Assembly: GCA_035542595.1 (NCBI GenBank)
Contig: DATKLD010000269.1
Location: 1-49,347, forward strand
Direction of reading: 5' to 3'
Length of the DNA: 49,347 nucleotides
DNA from: Terriglobales bacterium
GTDB lineage: Bacteria > Acidobacteriota > Terriglobia > Terriglobales > Acidobacteriaceae
The notes under the pieces were generated by a model. It was not told the origin of the DNA, did no database searches, and saw only the letters and a program-made list of their open reading frames with translations. How positions within the stretch are numbered: position 1 is the first letter of the stretch; each line of letters opens with the position of its first letter. The position numbers and the translations under genes were made by a program. Shown in pieces: positions 14,912 through 24,779 of this stretch.

Positions 14912-16507
14912 TTGAACACTTCCGCGGGGTCGCAGGAAAAGAATCCGGCTTCGGCCGAGCCCTTGGCACGGGAGCGAAAAGGGTCCGTCTGGCCGAGCGG
15001 AATGGCTGTCGCGTGGTGTCTGGCTGCGGCCGGTGTGCTTCTCCAGATGCTGACCAACGGCCGGTACGGGTACTTTCGCGACGAGCTGTACTTCCTCGCG
15101 ACCAGCAACCACCTTGCCTGGGGTTACGTAGATTTTGCCCCCCTGGCGGCGCTTGTGTTGCGAATCAGCCGGGCGTTGTTGGGCGATTCTCTGCATGCGA
15201 TTCGGACTGTGCCGGCTCTGGCCTATGGGGCGGAAGTCCTGCTGACGGGATTGATCGCGCGCGAACTTGGCGGCAAGCGGTTTGCTGTGTTTCTTGCTTG
15301 TGCATCAGTGCTGCTGGCCCCGGTGATCGTGGGCAACGCCACCCGCTTCTCGATGAACCCCTTCGAGCCGTTGTTCTGGATGGGATCGGTTTACCTGTTG
15401 CTGCGGGCCGTCGGGCGCAACCAACCCAGACTGCTGGTGTGGTGCGGTTTGCTCGCGGGCCTTGGGCTGGAGAACAAACATGCGACCGCTTTTTTCCTTG
15501 TGAGTCTGTTCGCGGGCTTGCTGGCCACCTCGGAACGGCGGCTGTTTCAAAGCAAGTGGCTGTGGATGGGAACGCTACTGATTCTGCTGCTCGCGCTGCC
15601 AAACCTGATCTGGCAATACCAGCATCACTTTCCCACCTGGGTCGACCTGAACAACGTTAAGAGGATGCACAAGAATGTCGAGCTCCCGCCGATTCCATTC
15701 ATCCGGCAGCAGGTCATGATGCTGAGTCCCGGCAGCGCCCCGGTGTGGATCGCCGGTTTGGGCTTCCTGCTCTTTCACCGGGAAGGTAAACGTTATCGCT
15801 TTCTGGGAGTCACCTATCTGGTGTTCCTGGCGATCATGATGGCGCTGAAGGCCAAGGACTATTATCTGGCGGCGGTTTATCCGATGTTGTTCGCCGCGGG
15901 AGGGGTCTTCTGGGAGAAACTCGCGGAGGCGCGCACGGGTGTTCGCTGGCTGAGGGTGGCTGTTTCCGCCGCCGTCATCATCCTGGGCCTCGTGGCCTTG
16001 CCGCTCACCGTGCCGATTCTTCCAGTGGACAAGATCGTACCCTACGAACAGGCACTAGGGATCAGGACCACGCGGACAGAAACGGCCCATTCCGGCCCGC
16101 TGCCGCAGCATTTTGGCGATGAATTCGGGTGGGAGGAGATGGCGCGGGCCGTAGCCACGGTGTACCAGGCGTTGCCGCCCGAGGAGCGCGCTAAGACCGG
16201 CATTCTCGCGGGCAACTATGGCGAAGCTGGCGCCATCGACTTTTTCGGACCGCGTTATGGGCTGCCCAAAGCCATCAGCGCTCACCAGAACTACTATTTC
16301 TGGGGTCCACGGCAGTACACGGGAGAGAGCCTCATTCTGCTGCAATGGAGCCTGCGGCATGCTCAACGCTGGTGTCAGAGCGTGCAGGAGGGACCCGCGC
16401 TCGATCCCCCGTTTGCTATGGGTGAAGAGCATTACACGATCCTGGTTTGCCACGGACTTAGAAAGCCGCTGGCGGAAGCATGGCCGGACTTGAAGGTGTG
16501 GAACTAA
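14912..16507 (+). CDS. GT39/ArnT-like membrane glycosyltransferase
   Basis: A multi-TM N-terminal half containing YFRDELYF and a soluble C-terminal domain. The start is TTG 14912 or ATG 15002. Confidence 0.7.
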   Translation: MNTSAGSQEKNPASAEPLARERKGSVWPSGMAVAWCLAAAGVLLQMLTNGRYGYFRDELYFLATSNHLAWGYVDFAPLAALVLRISRALLGDSLHAIRTVPALAYGAEVLLTGLIARELGGKRFAVFLACASVLLAPVIVGNATRFSMNPFEPLFWMGSVYLLLRAVGRNQPRLLVWCGLLAGLGLENKHATAFFLVSLFAGLLATSERRLFQSKWLWMGTLLILLLALPNLIWQYQHHFPTWVDLNNVKRMHKNVELPPIPFIRQQVMMLSPGSAPVWIAGLGFLLFHREGKRYRFLGVTYLVFLAIMMALKAKDYYLAAVYPMLFAAGGVFWEKLAEARTGVRWLRVAVSAAVIILGLVALPLTVPILPVDKIVPYEQALGIRTTRTETAHSGPLPQHFGDEFGWEEMARAVATVYQALPPEERAKTGILAGNYGEAGAIDFFGPRYGLPKAISAHQNYYFWGPRQYTGESLILLQWSLRHAQRWCQSVQEGPALDPPFAMGEEHYTILVCHGLRKPLAEAWPDLKVWN

Positions 16508-16599
16508 GGCCCATCGCCCTTTTCCACAAACTTCGCAGTTGCCGCTCGCCGCTGAGTCTCCGATAATGAATTGCCCCAGGCGATTCACCCCACAACTCT

Positions 16600-19533
16600 G
16601 TGTCTGTAACTTTCAACGAGCGGCAGCTCCGGGCCATCGAACACGTCCACGGGCCGATGCTGGTGGTCGCCGGCGCCGGCACCGGTAAGACCAGCGTTCT
16701 GGTGGAGCGCATTGCGCGTCTGATCCGCGAGGGGCACGCGCGCCCCGACGAGATCCTGGCGCTCACCTTTACCGAAAACGCCGCCAGCGAAATGAGCGCC
16801 CGCGTGCAAAAGGCGGTTGAGAGCAGGAATTGCGCCGGACTGCGCGCCATGACCTTCCACGCCCATGGTTTCGGCCTGCTGGAGCGCGCAGGAAAAGGCT
16901 TTCGCCTGCTCACGAAGGAAGACCTTTGGGTTTACCTTCGGCTGCGCATCTCGGAGCTCGGCCTGAACTGGTATATCCGCGCAGCAAGTCCCGGCCAGTT
17001 CCTGGACGCGCTGCTCGATTTCTTCGACCGTTGCCACGACGAAGTTGTGGGACCTGCCGATTACCGGAAATACGTGACCAGCCTGGGCAGGACGAATGCG
17101 GTGCTGCCACGCGTCGTCAGTTCCAAGCTGGCCGAGGGCATGGCACGCGAGGAGGTGCTGGCGCGTTGTGAGGAAATCGCCTGCGCCTTTGAGAAAGTCG
17201 AAGAGATGCTGGCCGGCGAGAACCTCGGCACCTTCGCCCACATGATCACGCGGGCCTCGGAACTGTTGCGTCGCGACGAGCAGTTGCGCGGCGCCGAGCA
17301 AGCCCGCGCGCGCTTCCTGCTGCTCGACGAGTTCCAGGACGTCAACCTGGCGCAGGTCGAACTGGCGCAGCTTCTGGCCGGAAGCGAGCAGAACCTGTTC
17401 GCCGTGGGCGATCCCGACCAGGCGATCTATCGCTTCCGTGGCGCTTCTTCCGCGGCCTTTCAGGAATTTGCAAAGCGTTTCCCCAAGACGAAGCGCGTAA
17501 CGCTCATCGAAAATCAGCGCTCGCGGACTCCGATCCTCAAGTGCGCGTACGCGGTGATCCGCGGCAATCCTTCAATCGCGTCTGCGGGTTTCGAGCGCGA
17601 GCCGCTGCAGTCGGCCCGCGACCAGCACGACGGGCAGCAGGGAGAGCTTCTTGCCAGGTTCCCGGTGGAGATCGTCACCGTGGAGAGCGATGAGCAGGAG
17701 GCATTCGACGTTGCCTGTCGTATCGAAGAGCTGCGCCGCGCGCCGACCAAGCGGCGCGATGGCGGACACCGGTGTCCGCGCATATCCGTCCTGTACCGCC
17801 AGCATTCTCACCGCACTCTGCTCGTGCGGGAGCTGGTGGCGCGCCGGATCCCGTTCACCGTGGCCGGGCTCGACGCGCTGGAGACGCCCGAGGTGCGCGA
17901 CCTGCTGGCCTGCCTGCGCGCAGTCGCTTCCATGGCCGACAGTGGCAGCCTGTTTCGCGTGGCCGCACTGCCCATCTTCCAGGTGGATGCCGAAGCCCTG
18001 TGCCAGGCGCTGCGGCATGCAGAAAAGGACGCCGACTTCGTCGAAATCCTGATCTCGGTTCCGGGTGGCAGCGAGGTCGTGGCCACCATCGAGGAGGCGT
18101 GGGCGACGGCGCGCATGAAAGGCATGAAGACCTCCGCCGTGCTGCTGTACGTGCTCGAGCGTTTTGGCTTTGATCGGACGGCGCCTCCGGTGGTTGCTTT
18201 CGCGCAGTTCGTCCTTGAATGGACCAAGAAGCCGGTAGCGCGCAATGGCGAACTCGCCCACTTTCTCGCCTACATGGACTACTACCCCGAGGCGAATGGC
18301 ATTGTTCCGATCCTGACCGGAGATGACGACGCGGACCCGAACGTGGTGCGACTGATGACCGTGCACATCGCCAAAGGGCTCGAGTTCGACCACGTGTTCA
18401 TGCTGCGCGCCAACCAGAACTCGTTTCCCACCAGCTTCCGCGAAAAGCTGTTTGAGTTTCCTCAGCAGCTCCGCCGCGGGCTCGTGGCCGAAGGCGACGA
18501 CAAGGAGATCCACAAGCAGGAGGAGCGGCGGCTCTTTTACGTGGGCATGACGCGCGCGCGGGAGACGCTGACGCTCGGCGCGCATCCCCGTAACCGCAAT
18601 CAGCGTCCTACCGGCTTCGTGCGCGACCTGATGGACGATCGCGCGGCTCGCCCTTACTGGTCGAAGCGGGATGCCGCTCCCTTCACCATCGATCTCGCCG
18701 CGGGGGCGGTTGCGGCGGGCCCGGGAGTTGGCGCCTGGCTTACTAATACGCCGCTTTCTCCTCATCTTGTTGATGGCGCGTTGAGCGCAACTCTGATCGA
18801 AAGCTACGAGACCTGTCCGCTGCAGTTCAAGATCGGCCGCCTGTGGAACGTGCCCGGCGAGGTGGCGGCGCAGATGCAGTACGGCAACGTCATCCACACG
18901 CTGCTGCGCGATTACTACGAATCCTTGCGCGCCGGCCGCCCGAAGGGCGAAGGAGAGATGTTGCAGGCGCTGCGCGACAGTCTGGCCGCAGCCGGCATGG
19001 CGGACCCGGTACAGCGCGATTTATACGAAAAGGAGGGGACGAAGCAGTTGCGTGAATTTGTCCGCCTGCAGCGGGCCGCGCCGCCGGTGGAGGTGATCGG
19101 GACCGAGCGCGGCTTCGAGATCGCACTGGGCGGCGTGCGCGTGAAGGGACGGCTCGACCGCATCGACCGCATCGCCGGCAACCGCGTCGCCATCATCGAC
19201 TACAAGACCGGCAAGCCACGCACTCCGCAACACGCGGACAAGAGTCTCCAGCTTTCCATTTACGCGCTCGCCGCGTGCGAGAAGTGGGACTATGACGTGG
19301 AGCGCCTCGTGTTCTACAACCTCGCCGACAACACCGAGGTCGCGAGCAAGCGCGGCCCGCAGCAGCTCGACGAAACCCGCCAGCGTGTCTCCGAGGTGGC
19401 GGCTGCGATCGCCGCCGGCAACTTCGATCCCACGCCCGGCTTCCACTGCGGCTGGTGCGCGTATCGGAACCTCTGTCCTGCGACCGAAGAGAGGCTGTAT
19501 CAGATCCAGGCGCAGGCCGCGGAGGTGAACTGA
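16600..19533 (+). CDS. UvrD/Rep-type helicase fused to a C-terminal PD-(D/E)XK (AddB/Cas4-like, Fe-S) nuclease
   Basis: Walker A AGAGTGKTS, motif II LLLDEFQDVN, and helicase motif VHIAKGLEFD. The C-terminal nuclease reads RLDRID...AIIDYKTGK. Cys ligands are YETCP plus C-x2-C-x5-C (CGWCAYRNLC). Confidence 0.85.
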   Translation: MSVTFNERQLRAIEHVHGPMLVVAGAGTGKTSVLVERIARLIREGHARPDEILALTFTENAASEMSARVQKAVESRNCAGLRAMTFHAHGFGLLERAGKGFRLLTKEDLWVYLRLRISELGLNWYIRAASPGQFLDALLDFFDRCHDEVVGPADYRKYVTSLGRTNAVLPRVVSSKLAEGMAREEVLARCEEIACAFEKVEEMLAGENLGTFAHMITRASELLRRDEQLRGAEQARARFLLLDEFQDVNLAQVELAQLLAGSEQNLFAVGDPDQAIYRFRGASSAAFQEFAKRFPKTKRVTLIENQRSRTPILKCAYAVIRGNPSIASAGFEREPLQSARDQHDGQQGELLARFPVEIVTVESDEQEAFDVACRIEELRRAPTKRRDGGHRCPRISVLYRQHSHRTLLVRELVARRIPFTVAGLDALETPEVRDLLACLRAVASMADSGSLFRVAALPIFQVDAEALCQALRHAEKDADFVEILISVPGGSEVVATIEEAWATARMKGMKTSAVLLYVLERFGFDRTAPPVVAFAQFVLEWTKKPVARNGELAHFLAYMDYYPEANGIVPILTGDDDADPNVVRLMTVHIAKGLEFDHVFMLRANQNSFPTSFREKLFEFPQQLRRGLVAEGDDKEIHKQEERRLFYVGMTRARETLTLGAHPRNRNQRPTGFVRDLMDDRAARPYWSKRDAAPFTIDLAAGAVAAGPGVGAWLTNTPLSPHLVDGALSATLIESYETCPLQFKIGRLWNVPGEVAAQMQYGNVIHTLLRDYYESLRAGRPKGEGEMLQALRDSLAAAGMADPVQRDLYEKEGTKQLREFVRLQRAAPPVEVIGTERGFEIALGGVRVKGRLDRIDRIAGNRVAIIDYKTGKPRTPQHADKSLQLSIYALAACEKWDYDVERLVFYNLADNTEVASKRGPQQLDETRQRVSEVAAAIAAGNFDPTPGFHCGWCAYRNLCPATEERLYQIQAQAAEVN

Positions 19534-20714
19534 TGCTGGCCGTTGCGTTGGCGTTCGTAGCCGTGCTTCTGGCGCTGATCGCGGTGATCGTGGTCTTGCG
19601 GCGTCCGGCGTCGTCCGATGCTCCGGCGCTCGAAGCCTTGCGCAACGACTTCAACGTCCTCCGCGAGAGCACCGACCGGTCGGTCTCTCACGTCGCCGAT
19701 GTGTTCAGCAAGCAGCTTGATTGCGTGGGCGATAACGTGCAGAAAGCGTTGGGCGCGGTGAACAGCAACGTCGCCGAGCGCCTGGAGGCGATGAACCGCC
19801 ACCTCGCCGAGCGGCTGAACGAGAACGTGAGGGCCATGAGCGGAACGTCGAAGGAGGTCAACGACCGCATGGCGCACGTGCAGGGCATCTTCGCCGAACT
19901 GCAGAAGCAGGTGGGCGGGATGAGCGAGCAGGCGCGGCGCCTGGCCGAGCTGTCGAAGTCCATCGCCGATTTGCAGCACATCCTCTCCGCGCCCAAGCTG
20001 CGCGGCGGCTTCGGCGAGGCGCAACTGGAAAATCTGCTGGCCATGGTGTTCGCGCGCGAGCAGTACCGCACGCAATACGCGTTTTCTTCCGGCGACCGGG
20101 CGGATGCGGTGCTCATGTTTCCGCAGGGGATGGTGGCCATCGATTCCAAGTTCTCACTGGAAAATTTCCGCCGCATCGCCGAAGCCGATGGCGACGCTGA
20201 CAAGAAAGTCGCGCGGCGCGATTTTCTGAAAGACGTACGCAAGCGCGTGGATGAGATTGCGAACAAATACATTCGGCCTGCTGAGGGAACCCTGCCCTTC
20301 GCGCTCATGTACGTCCCGGCGGAGAACGTTTATTACGAGGCGATCATTCGCGACGAGGACGAGAACGGTCTCTACGAATACTGCGTGCAGAAGCGCGTGA
20401 TGCCGGTCTCGCCCAACTCTCTCTATGCATACCTGCACACCATTGTCGTCGGGTTGAAGAGCCTGCACGTGAGCCAGCAGGCGGAGTCCATTCTGCGGCA
20501 GATGGAATCCTTGCGCTTCGAGCTGGAGAAATTCACCGACGTCTACGACAAGCTGGGCACGCACCTGAAGAACGCCGGCAAGAGCTACGACGACAGCACG
20601 CGCGCTCTCAGCAAGCTGGAGAACCGCGTGCAGAACCTTGCGGGCGCGGGGATGAGCCAGCCGGAACTGCCACTGGACGGGGAAAAGCGCGCGCTGGGCG
20701 CGGCGGAAGGCTGA
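19533..20714 (+). CDS. rmuC: DNA recombination protein RmuC
   Basis: N-terminal TM helix (MLAVALAFVAVLLALIAVIVVL), a long coiled coil and a C-terminal RmuC nuclease-like domain. The ATG shares one base with the helicase TGA (TGATG). Confidence 0.85.
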   Translation: MLAVALAFVAVLLALIAVIVVLRRPASSDAPALEALRNDFNVLRESTDRSVSHVADVFSKQLDCVGDNVQKALGAVNSNVAERLEAMNRHLAERLNENVRAMSGTSKEVNDRMAHVQGIFAELQKQVGGMSEQARRLAELSKSIADLQHILSAPKLRGGFGEAQLENLLAMVFAREQYRTQYAFSSGDRADAVLMFPQGMVAIDSKFSLENFRRIAEADGDADKKVARRDFLKDVRKRVDEIANKYIRPAEGTLPFALMYVPAENVYYEAIIRDEDENGLYEYCVQKRVMPVSPNSLYAYLHTIVVGLKSLHVSQQAESILRQMESLRFELEKFTDVYDKLGTHLKNAGKSYDDSTRALSKLENRVQNLAGAGMSQPELPLDGEKRALGAAEG

Positions 20715-20731
20715 GACGTTTCCAACACACC

Positions 20732-20768
20732 AAAAAAACCGGGGACGCTTGCCGGCGTCCCCGTTCTT
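20732..20768. terminator. bidirectional intrinsic terminator, stronger on the minus strand
   Basis: A 9-bp GC stem CGGGGACGC/GCGTCCCCG (20740-20748 / 20755-20763) with a 6-nt loop. It is flanked by A7 (20732-20738, which is U7 for minus-strand RNA) and TTCTT. Confidence 0.7.
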
Positions 20769-20785
20769 ACGATCGGGCCTGGCGG

Positions 20786-20824
20786 TTAGTGTTTCTTCTT
20801 CTTCGCCTTTTTCTTGGTTGCCAT
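20786..20824 (-). CDS. stand-alone 12-codon Lys-rich ORF (MATKKKAKKKKH)
   Basis: ATG at 20822-20824 is preceded by GGAGAGGGAG with about 8 nt of spacing. TAA is at 20786-20788, and the U7 terminator starts 22 nt downstream. It is below the 60-aa cutoff of the ORF track. Confidence 0.35.
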   Translation of the reverse strand: MATKKKAKKKKH

Positions 20825-21134
20825 GGTTCTATTCTCCCTCTCCATTCTTCATGGATGCAACGAACGTTCCGTTGCGTTTGATTGAATGTATAGAGTCAAT
20901 GAAAAACGATGTCAAGAGAAAAATCGGAATGCGCGATCACCATCGAGCGATGTACGCCGAGTGCGGAGAAATTTCTTGCCAGGGTGATGGGCGCGCGCAT
21001 GATCGCAAACGTGACATGGCGCAGGCTCAGACAGCGGAACTGTCATCGATGCTCGCGATGGTGCGCTCCGCAAAAAGTTAAGATCCACGGAACCCGTTTG
21101 TGAGTCCTTCCGTAGATAAGGCAAAGGAGTCATC

Positions 21135-21734
21135 ATGTCGTTAATCTCCCGGCGTGTCTTGCTGCGCGCATCGATGCTGGGTCTCGTAGCCGGGTGTGCG
21201 CCGGCGATGTGGCCGCAGACGGAGCGCGGCGGGTATCCGCGTCCGGGATTGCGGCGCGGTCCCACCGCCGACAGCGTCTCCGAATTCATGGACGAGATCA
21301 GCCTGGGGCGCGCCTGCACCGTGGAGTGCGCCGAGGCCATGCCGGAGCAGCTCTACAGCTTCCGTCCCGTCGCCGAGGAGCGCACCTTCGGGCAGCAGAT
21401 GGTGCACATCGCCGAGTCGGTGCGCGGCATCTTCGAAGTCTTCGTGCAGGACAAGGCGCAACCCACCTTCACCCTGGGCGAAGCCGGCAAGGAAGTGGTG
21501 AAGTCCAAGGCCGAGGTGGTGGCGCTGGTGCGCGAGTCGTTCACCTACGTGCACCGCGGCGCCGCCGACCTGACCGACGTCGACCTCGATATGCGCGTGC
21601 AGTTCCTCGACAACCGGCCGTTCTCCAAGGGCCGGGTGGTGCGTTTTCTCCTCGATCACGCCACCTATCACCGCGGAGAGAGCGCGGTGTACATGCGCCT
21701 GAACGGTATCCGGCCGCCGCGCTACCGGGCGTGA
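21135..21734 (+). CDS. DinB-family protein with an RR-containing signal-like N-terminus
   Basis: MSLISRRVLLRASMLGLVAGCA, then DinB-like helices (QQMVHIAESV, LDHATYHRGESAVY). SD AAGGAG lies upstream. Confidence 0.7.
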   Translation: MSLISRRVLLRASMLGLVAGCAPAMWPQTERGGYPRPGLRRGPTADSVSEFMDEISLGRACTVECAEAMPEQLYSFRPVAEERTFGQQMVHIAESVRGIFEVFVQDKAQPTFTLGEAGKEVVKSKAEVVALVRESFTYVHRGAADLTDVDLDMRVQFLDNRPFSKGRVVRFLLDHATYHRGESAVYMRLNGIRPPRYRA

Positions 21735-21805
21735 TTCCTGGGGGTCCATAGAGTAGAACAGCCCATTGCGCGCTGGACGGCCGTGGCTATACTCAGCGGC
21801 TCCCC

Positions 21806-23368
21806 ATGCTGTTCAAGACCCTCAGCGCGGCGGTGTACGGCATCGACGCCAACATCATCGAGGTGGAGGTCGACGTCTCGGGCATCCGCCTGAGCGAGGG
21901 CGACCACTTCATGACCGTCGGGCTGCCGGATGCGGCGGTACGCGAGAGCCGCGAGCGCATCCGGTCGGCGTTGCGGAACTGCGGCTACGACATTCCGCCC
22001 ACGCACATCACCGTCAACCTCGCTCCCGCCGACATCAAGAAAGAAGGCTCCGGTTTCGACCTGCCGATGGCCATGGGTATCCTGGGCGCGTACGGCGCGC
22101 TCACGCGCAAGGAAGTCGTCGACTACCTGCTGGTGGGCGAGCTGTCGCTCGATGGCGGCGTGCGCGGTATCCGCGGCGCGCTGCCCATCGCGGTGGAGGC
22201 GCGCGCACGAAAGATCCGCAACCTCATCGTGCCCGAAGTCAACGCCCGGGAAGCGGCCGTGGTCAGCGGCGTGGACGTCTTCCCGGTGCGCTCGCTGCTG
22301 GATGTGGTCAACCTGCTGAACGCCGCCGACGGCAATGGCAACGGCGCGGCTCCGCTGCGCGTCCAGACCGACGCCCTGCTGAACGAGGCGCGGCTGTTCA
22401 CCGTGGACTTCAAGGACGTGCGCGGGCAGCAGACCGCCAAGCGCGCGCTCGAGGTGGCCTCCGCCGGCGGACACAACATCCTGATGATCGGCCCGCCGGG
22501 TTCGGGCAAGACGATGCTGGCCAAGCGGCTCCCCACCATCCTGCCGCCGCTGACGTTCGAAGAGGCGCTGGAGACGACGAAGATCCACAGCGTGGCCGGC
22601 GTGCTCGATCCCGGCGCGGGTCTGGTGGGGACGCGTCCGTACCGGGCGCCGCACCACACCATCTCCGACGCCGGGCTGATCGGCGGTGGCGCGGTGCCGC
22701 GTCCGGGCGAGGTCTCGATCGCGCACAACGGAGTGCTCTTCCTCGACGAGCTGCCCGAGTTCCCGCGCAACGTGCTCGAGGTGCTGCGGCAGCCGCTCGA
22801 AGACGGGACGGTCTCGATCGCGCGCGCCGCCATGTCGCTCACCTTCCCGGCGCGGTTCATGCTGGCTGCCGCGATGAACCCTTGCCCGTGTGGATACCAC
22901 AACGACCCATCGCGCGACTGCCATTGCTCGCAGCCGATGATCCAGCGCTATGTGTCGAAGATCTCCGGGCCGCTGCTCGACCGCATCGACATCCACATCG
23001 ACGTGCCGGCGGTCCGCTACAAGGAATTGCGAGGCGGGGCCTCGCCCGAGGGCTCCGACCAAATCCGCGAACGGGTGGTCCGCGCCCGCCAACGGCAACT
23101 GCGGCGCTTCAAGGCTGCGAACGAACCGATCTACTGCAATGCGCAAATGTCGCCGCGACAGATTCGCGCTTATTGTGACCTAACTCCGGACTGCGAGCGC
23201 ATGCTGGAGCGCGCCATGGCCCAGCAGGGGCTGAGCGCGCGGGCTCACGATCGGATTCTGAAGGTCGCCCGGACGATCGCGGACCTGGACGGAGAGGAGA
23301 GCCTCGATTCGAAGCACATCGCAGAGGCGATCCAGTATCGAACCCTGGATCGGACCTACTGGGCCTGA
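21806..23368 (+). CDS. comM: YifB/ComM family Mg-chelatase-like AAA ATPase
   Basis: N-terminal [25 protein letters not shown], Walker [12 protein letters not shown], Walker [11 protein letters not shown], and the C-terminal [14 protein letters not shown]. Confidence 0.9.
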   Translation: MLFKTLSAAVYGIDANIIEVEVDVSGIRLSEGDHFMTVGLPDAAVRESRERIRSALRNCGYDIPPTHITVNLAPADIKKEGSGFDLPMAMGILGAYGALTRKEVVDYLLVGELSLDGGVRGIRGALPIAVEARARKIRNLIVPEVNAREAAVVSGVDVFPVRSLLDVVNLLNAADGNGNGAAPLRVQTDALLNEARLFTVDFKDVRGQQTAKRALEVASAGGHNILMIGPPGSGKTMLAKRLPTILPPLTFEEALETTKIHSVAGVLDPGAGLVGTRPYRAPHHTISDAGLIGGGAVPRPGEVSIAHNGVLFLDELPEFPRNVLEVLRQPLEDGTVSIARAAMSLTFPARFMLAAAMNPCPCGYHNDPSRDCHCSQPMIQRYVSKISGPLLDRIDIHIDVPAVRYKELRGGASPEGSDQIRERVVRARQRQLRRFKAANEPIYCNAQMSPRQIRAYCDLTPDCERMLERAMAQQGLSARAHDRILKVARTIADLDGEESLDSKHIAEAIQYRTLDRTYWA

Positions 23369-23427
23369 AACTCGATTGCTACGATCTGTTAGTTTTCCCG
23401 AATCTGGCGGGCCGAGAATGGCGGCGG

Positions 23428-24093
23428 CTACCGTCGGCGGGTCCCTGTGGTGTGGGCGGCGACGCGCTCTGCAGGGTTTTCCAGAAAGGACTGCAGCAGC
23501 TCGCAAGATCCCGCGCTCATCGTTCCGAACACGATGCCCACGCCGAGCCCGGGATCGGAAAAAACCACGCGTCCCGGTACGGTAAGCCGGCGCTGTCCTA
23601 GCCACAGCGTGATTTTGAGGCTGATTCCGAGCCGCGGCGGGGTGTGCGTGCGAGCGTAGCAGCCACCCAAGCCTACATCCATCGTTGTTGCACGGATGGG
23701 CTGGGGAGATTCATCCACAAAGAGTTCGACGGGGATGTCCAGCTGATAACGCCGAGATTTCCGAGGCGGCACGTACTGTTGGACGGCGGGAGTGGGCAGC
23801 TCAAAATCCCACAACGACTTTCCCCCTTCCACCGTTTCCAGCCCCACTTGCGCAGGTTGGGAAGGATCCGCCCGTCGCACCCATGTCACCCGGTGACGCG
23901 CTTTCTTTTCCCCATGGCGCAAGCCCACAATTTCTCCCACCTTCAGTTGGCATTGGACTCCGGTGAGGACGACACCCCGGCTGCTGATGTTGAGCGTCTG
24001 TACCGACTCGTTAAAGGGGCGATTGTCGGCCGACATGCCTAGGATACGCACCTGCAACATGAGATCAGCCCTGGGCTCGCGACGCCGTTTCAT
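23428..24093 (-). CDS. tandem PilZ-domain protein (putative c-di-GMP receptor)
   Basis: Starts MKRRREPR (RxxxR motif) with a second RKSRRYQLD...D-x-S-x-x-G-like repeat (MDVGLGGC). The internal ATG 24091-24093 is used; the upstream part of the ORF-track ORF looks non-coding. Confidence 0.65.
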   Translation of the reverse strand: MKRRREPRADLMLQVRILGMSADNRPFNESVQTLNISSRGVVLTGVQCQLKVGEIVGLRHGEKKARHRVTWVRRADPSQPAQVGLETVEGGKSLWDFELPTPAVQQYVPPRKSRRYQLDIPVELFVDESPQPIRATTMDVGLGGCYARTHTPPRLGISLKITLWLGQRRLTVPGRVVFSDPGLGVGIVFGTMSAGSCELLQSFLENPAERVAAHTTGTRRR

Positions 24094-24551
24094 TGTTGTC
24101 CACAACTTTTGGGAGTGCGATCTTGCTGGATCGCACCACTCTGGCGAGCAAATCCCGGGCCCAGCCAAAAAGAGTTGCTCGCTGGCCCCATGTTTGACCG
24201 AATCGATGGCGTGGTCAAAGTACGAAGGTAATCTTCCTGGGCAGTAGCCCGCCTCGGCCCCTGGCCAAAAATCCTCTTGACCGCGCGGGTCATTCCCGGT
24301 AAGGTTGATGGGAAGTAGGGTCGACCGACACCGGCCTTTGTGGTTCTGGCGAGCCTGGTTGTAAGTTTCAGCAAAAAGGCAACTTTGAGCCTGCTTCAGG
24401 CATCTATTAGTTGTCGGTGAACCTCGTTCTCCAACGGTAAAGCCAGCTTTAACAATGAGTCGGATGTTGGCGTGAGCCGCATGCTGAGGGCTCGGACGAG
24501 GCGGCTGGGTTGCTTGGCTGGTAAACATGGAGCCAGGGCCCAAGGAGAGAA

Positions 24552-24779
24552 ATGACGAAAATGCGTTCTGAGTTGATTTATGATGCTGTGCGAACGGTAC
24601 AGAACCGGTACCTTCTGTGCCAGGTTGCGTCCAAGGCTACGCGGAAGTTCCACAAGCCGAATACGCGAATCCAGGACACCATGAACGAAGTCTTCGAGCG
24701 CTTCGCCGAAAGCGAATCGCCCACCCGTATCCTGGCGCAACCCCAAGTGATTAGCGAGGCTCGGCAGCGCGCCGCATAA
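24552..24779 (+). CDS. rpoZ: RNA polymerase omega-like small protein
   Basis: DAVRTVQNRYLLCQVASKATRK aligns by eye with E. coli omega [24 protein letters not shown] AGGAG (24543-24547) is present. It lies directly upstream of rho. Confidence 0.55.
   Translation: MTKMRSELIYDAVRTVQNRYLLCQVASKATRKFHKPNTRIQDTMNEVFERFAESESPTRILAQPQVISEARQRAA

Noticed and set aside
12266-15196. A 976-aa ORF on the minus strand spanning grpE, dnaJ and rsmE
   Set aside because: It is antisense to three genes with unmistakable motifs. Its translation is Arg/Ala/Gly-rich low-complexity sequence. Long open antisense frames are expected at this G+C content.
20749-21103. Plus-strand ORFs 20749-21081 and 20909-21103 in the rmuC / DinB-family intergenic region
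   Set aside because: There is no SD. The first runs through the terminator hairpin and is antisense to the tiny Lys-rich ORF. The composition is not protein-like.
24094-24543. The N-terminal 150 codons of the PilZ ORF, and similar 5' extensions of the dinB (46244-46534), aroK, DinB-family and Lon-N ORFs
   Set aside because: The extensions lack family similarity, overlap neighbouring genes or repeat elements, and have internal ATGs that coincide with the conserved protein N-termini.
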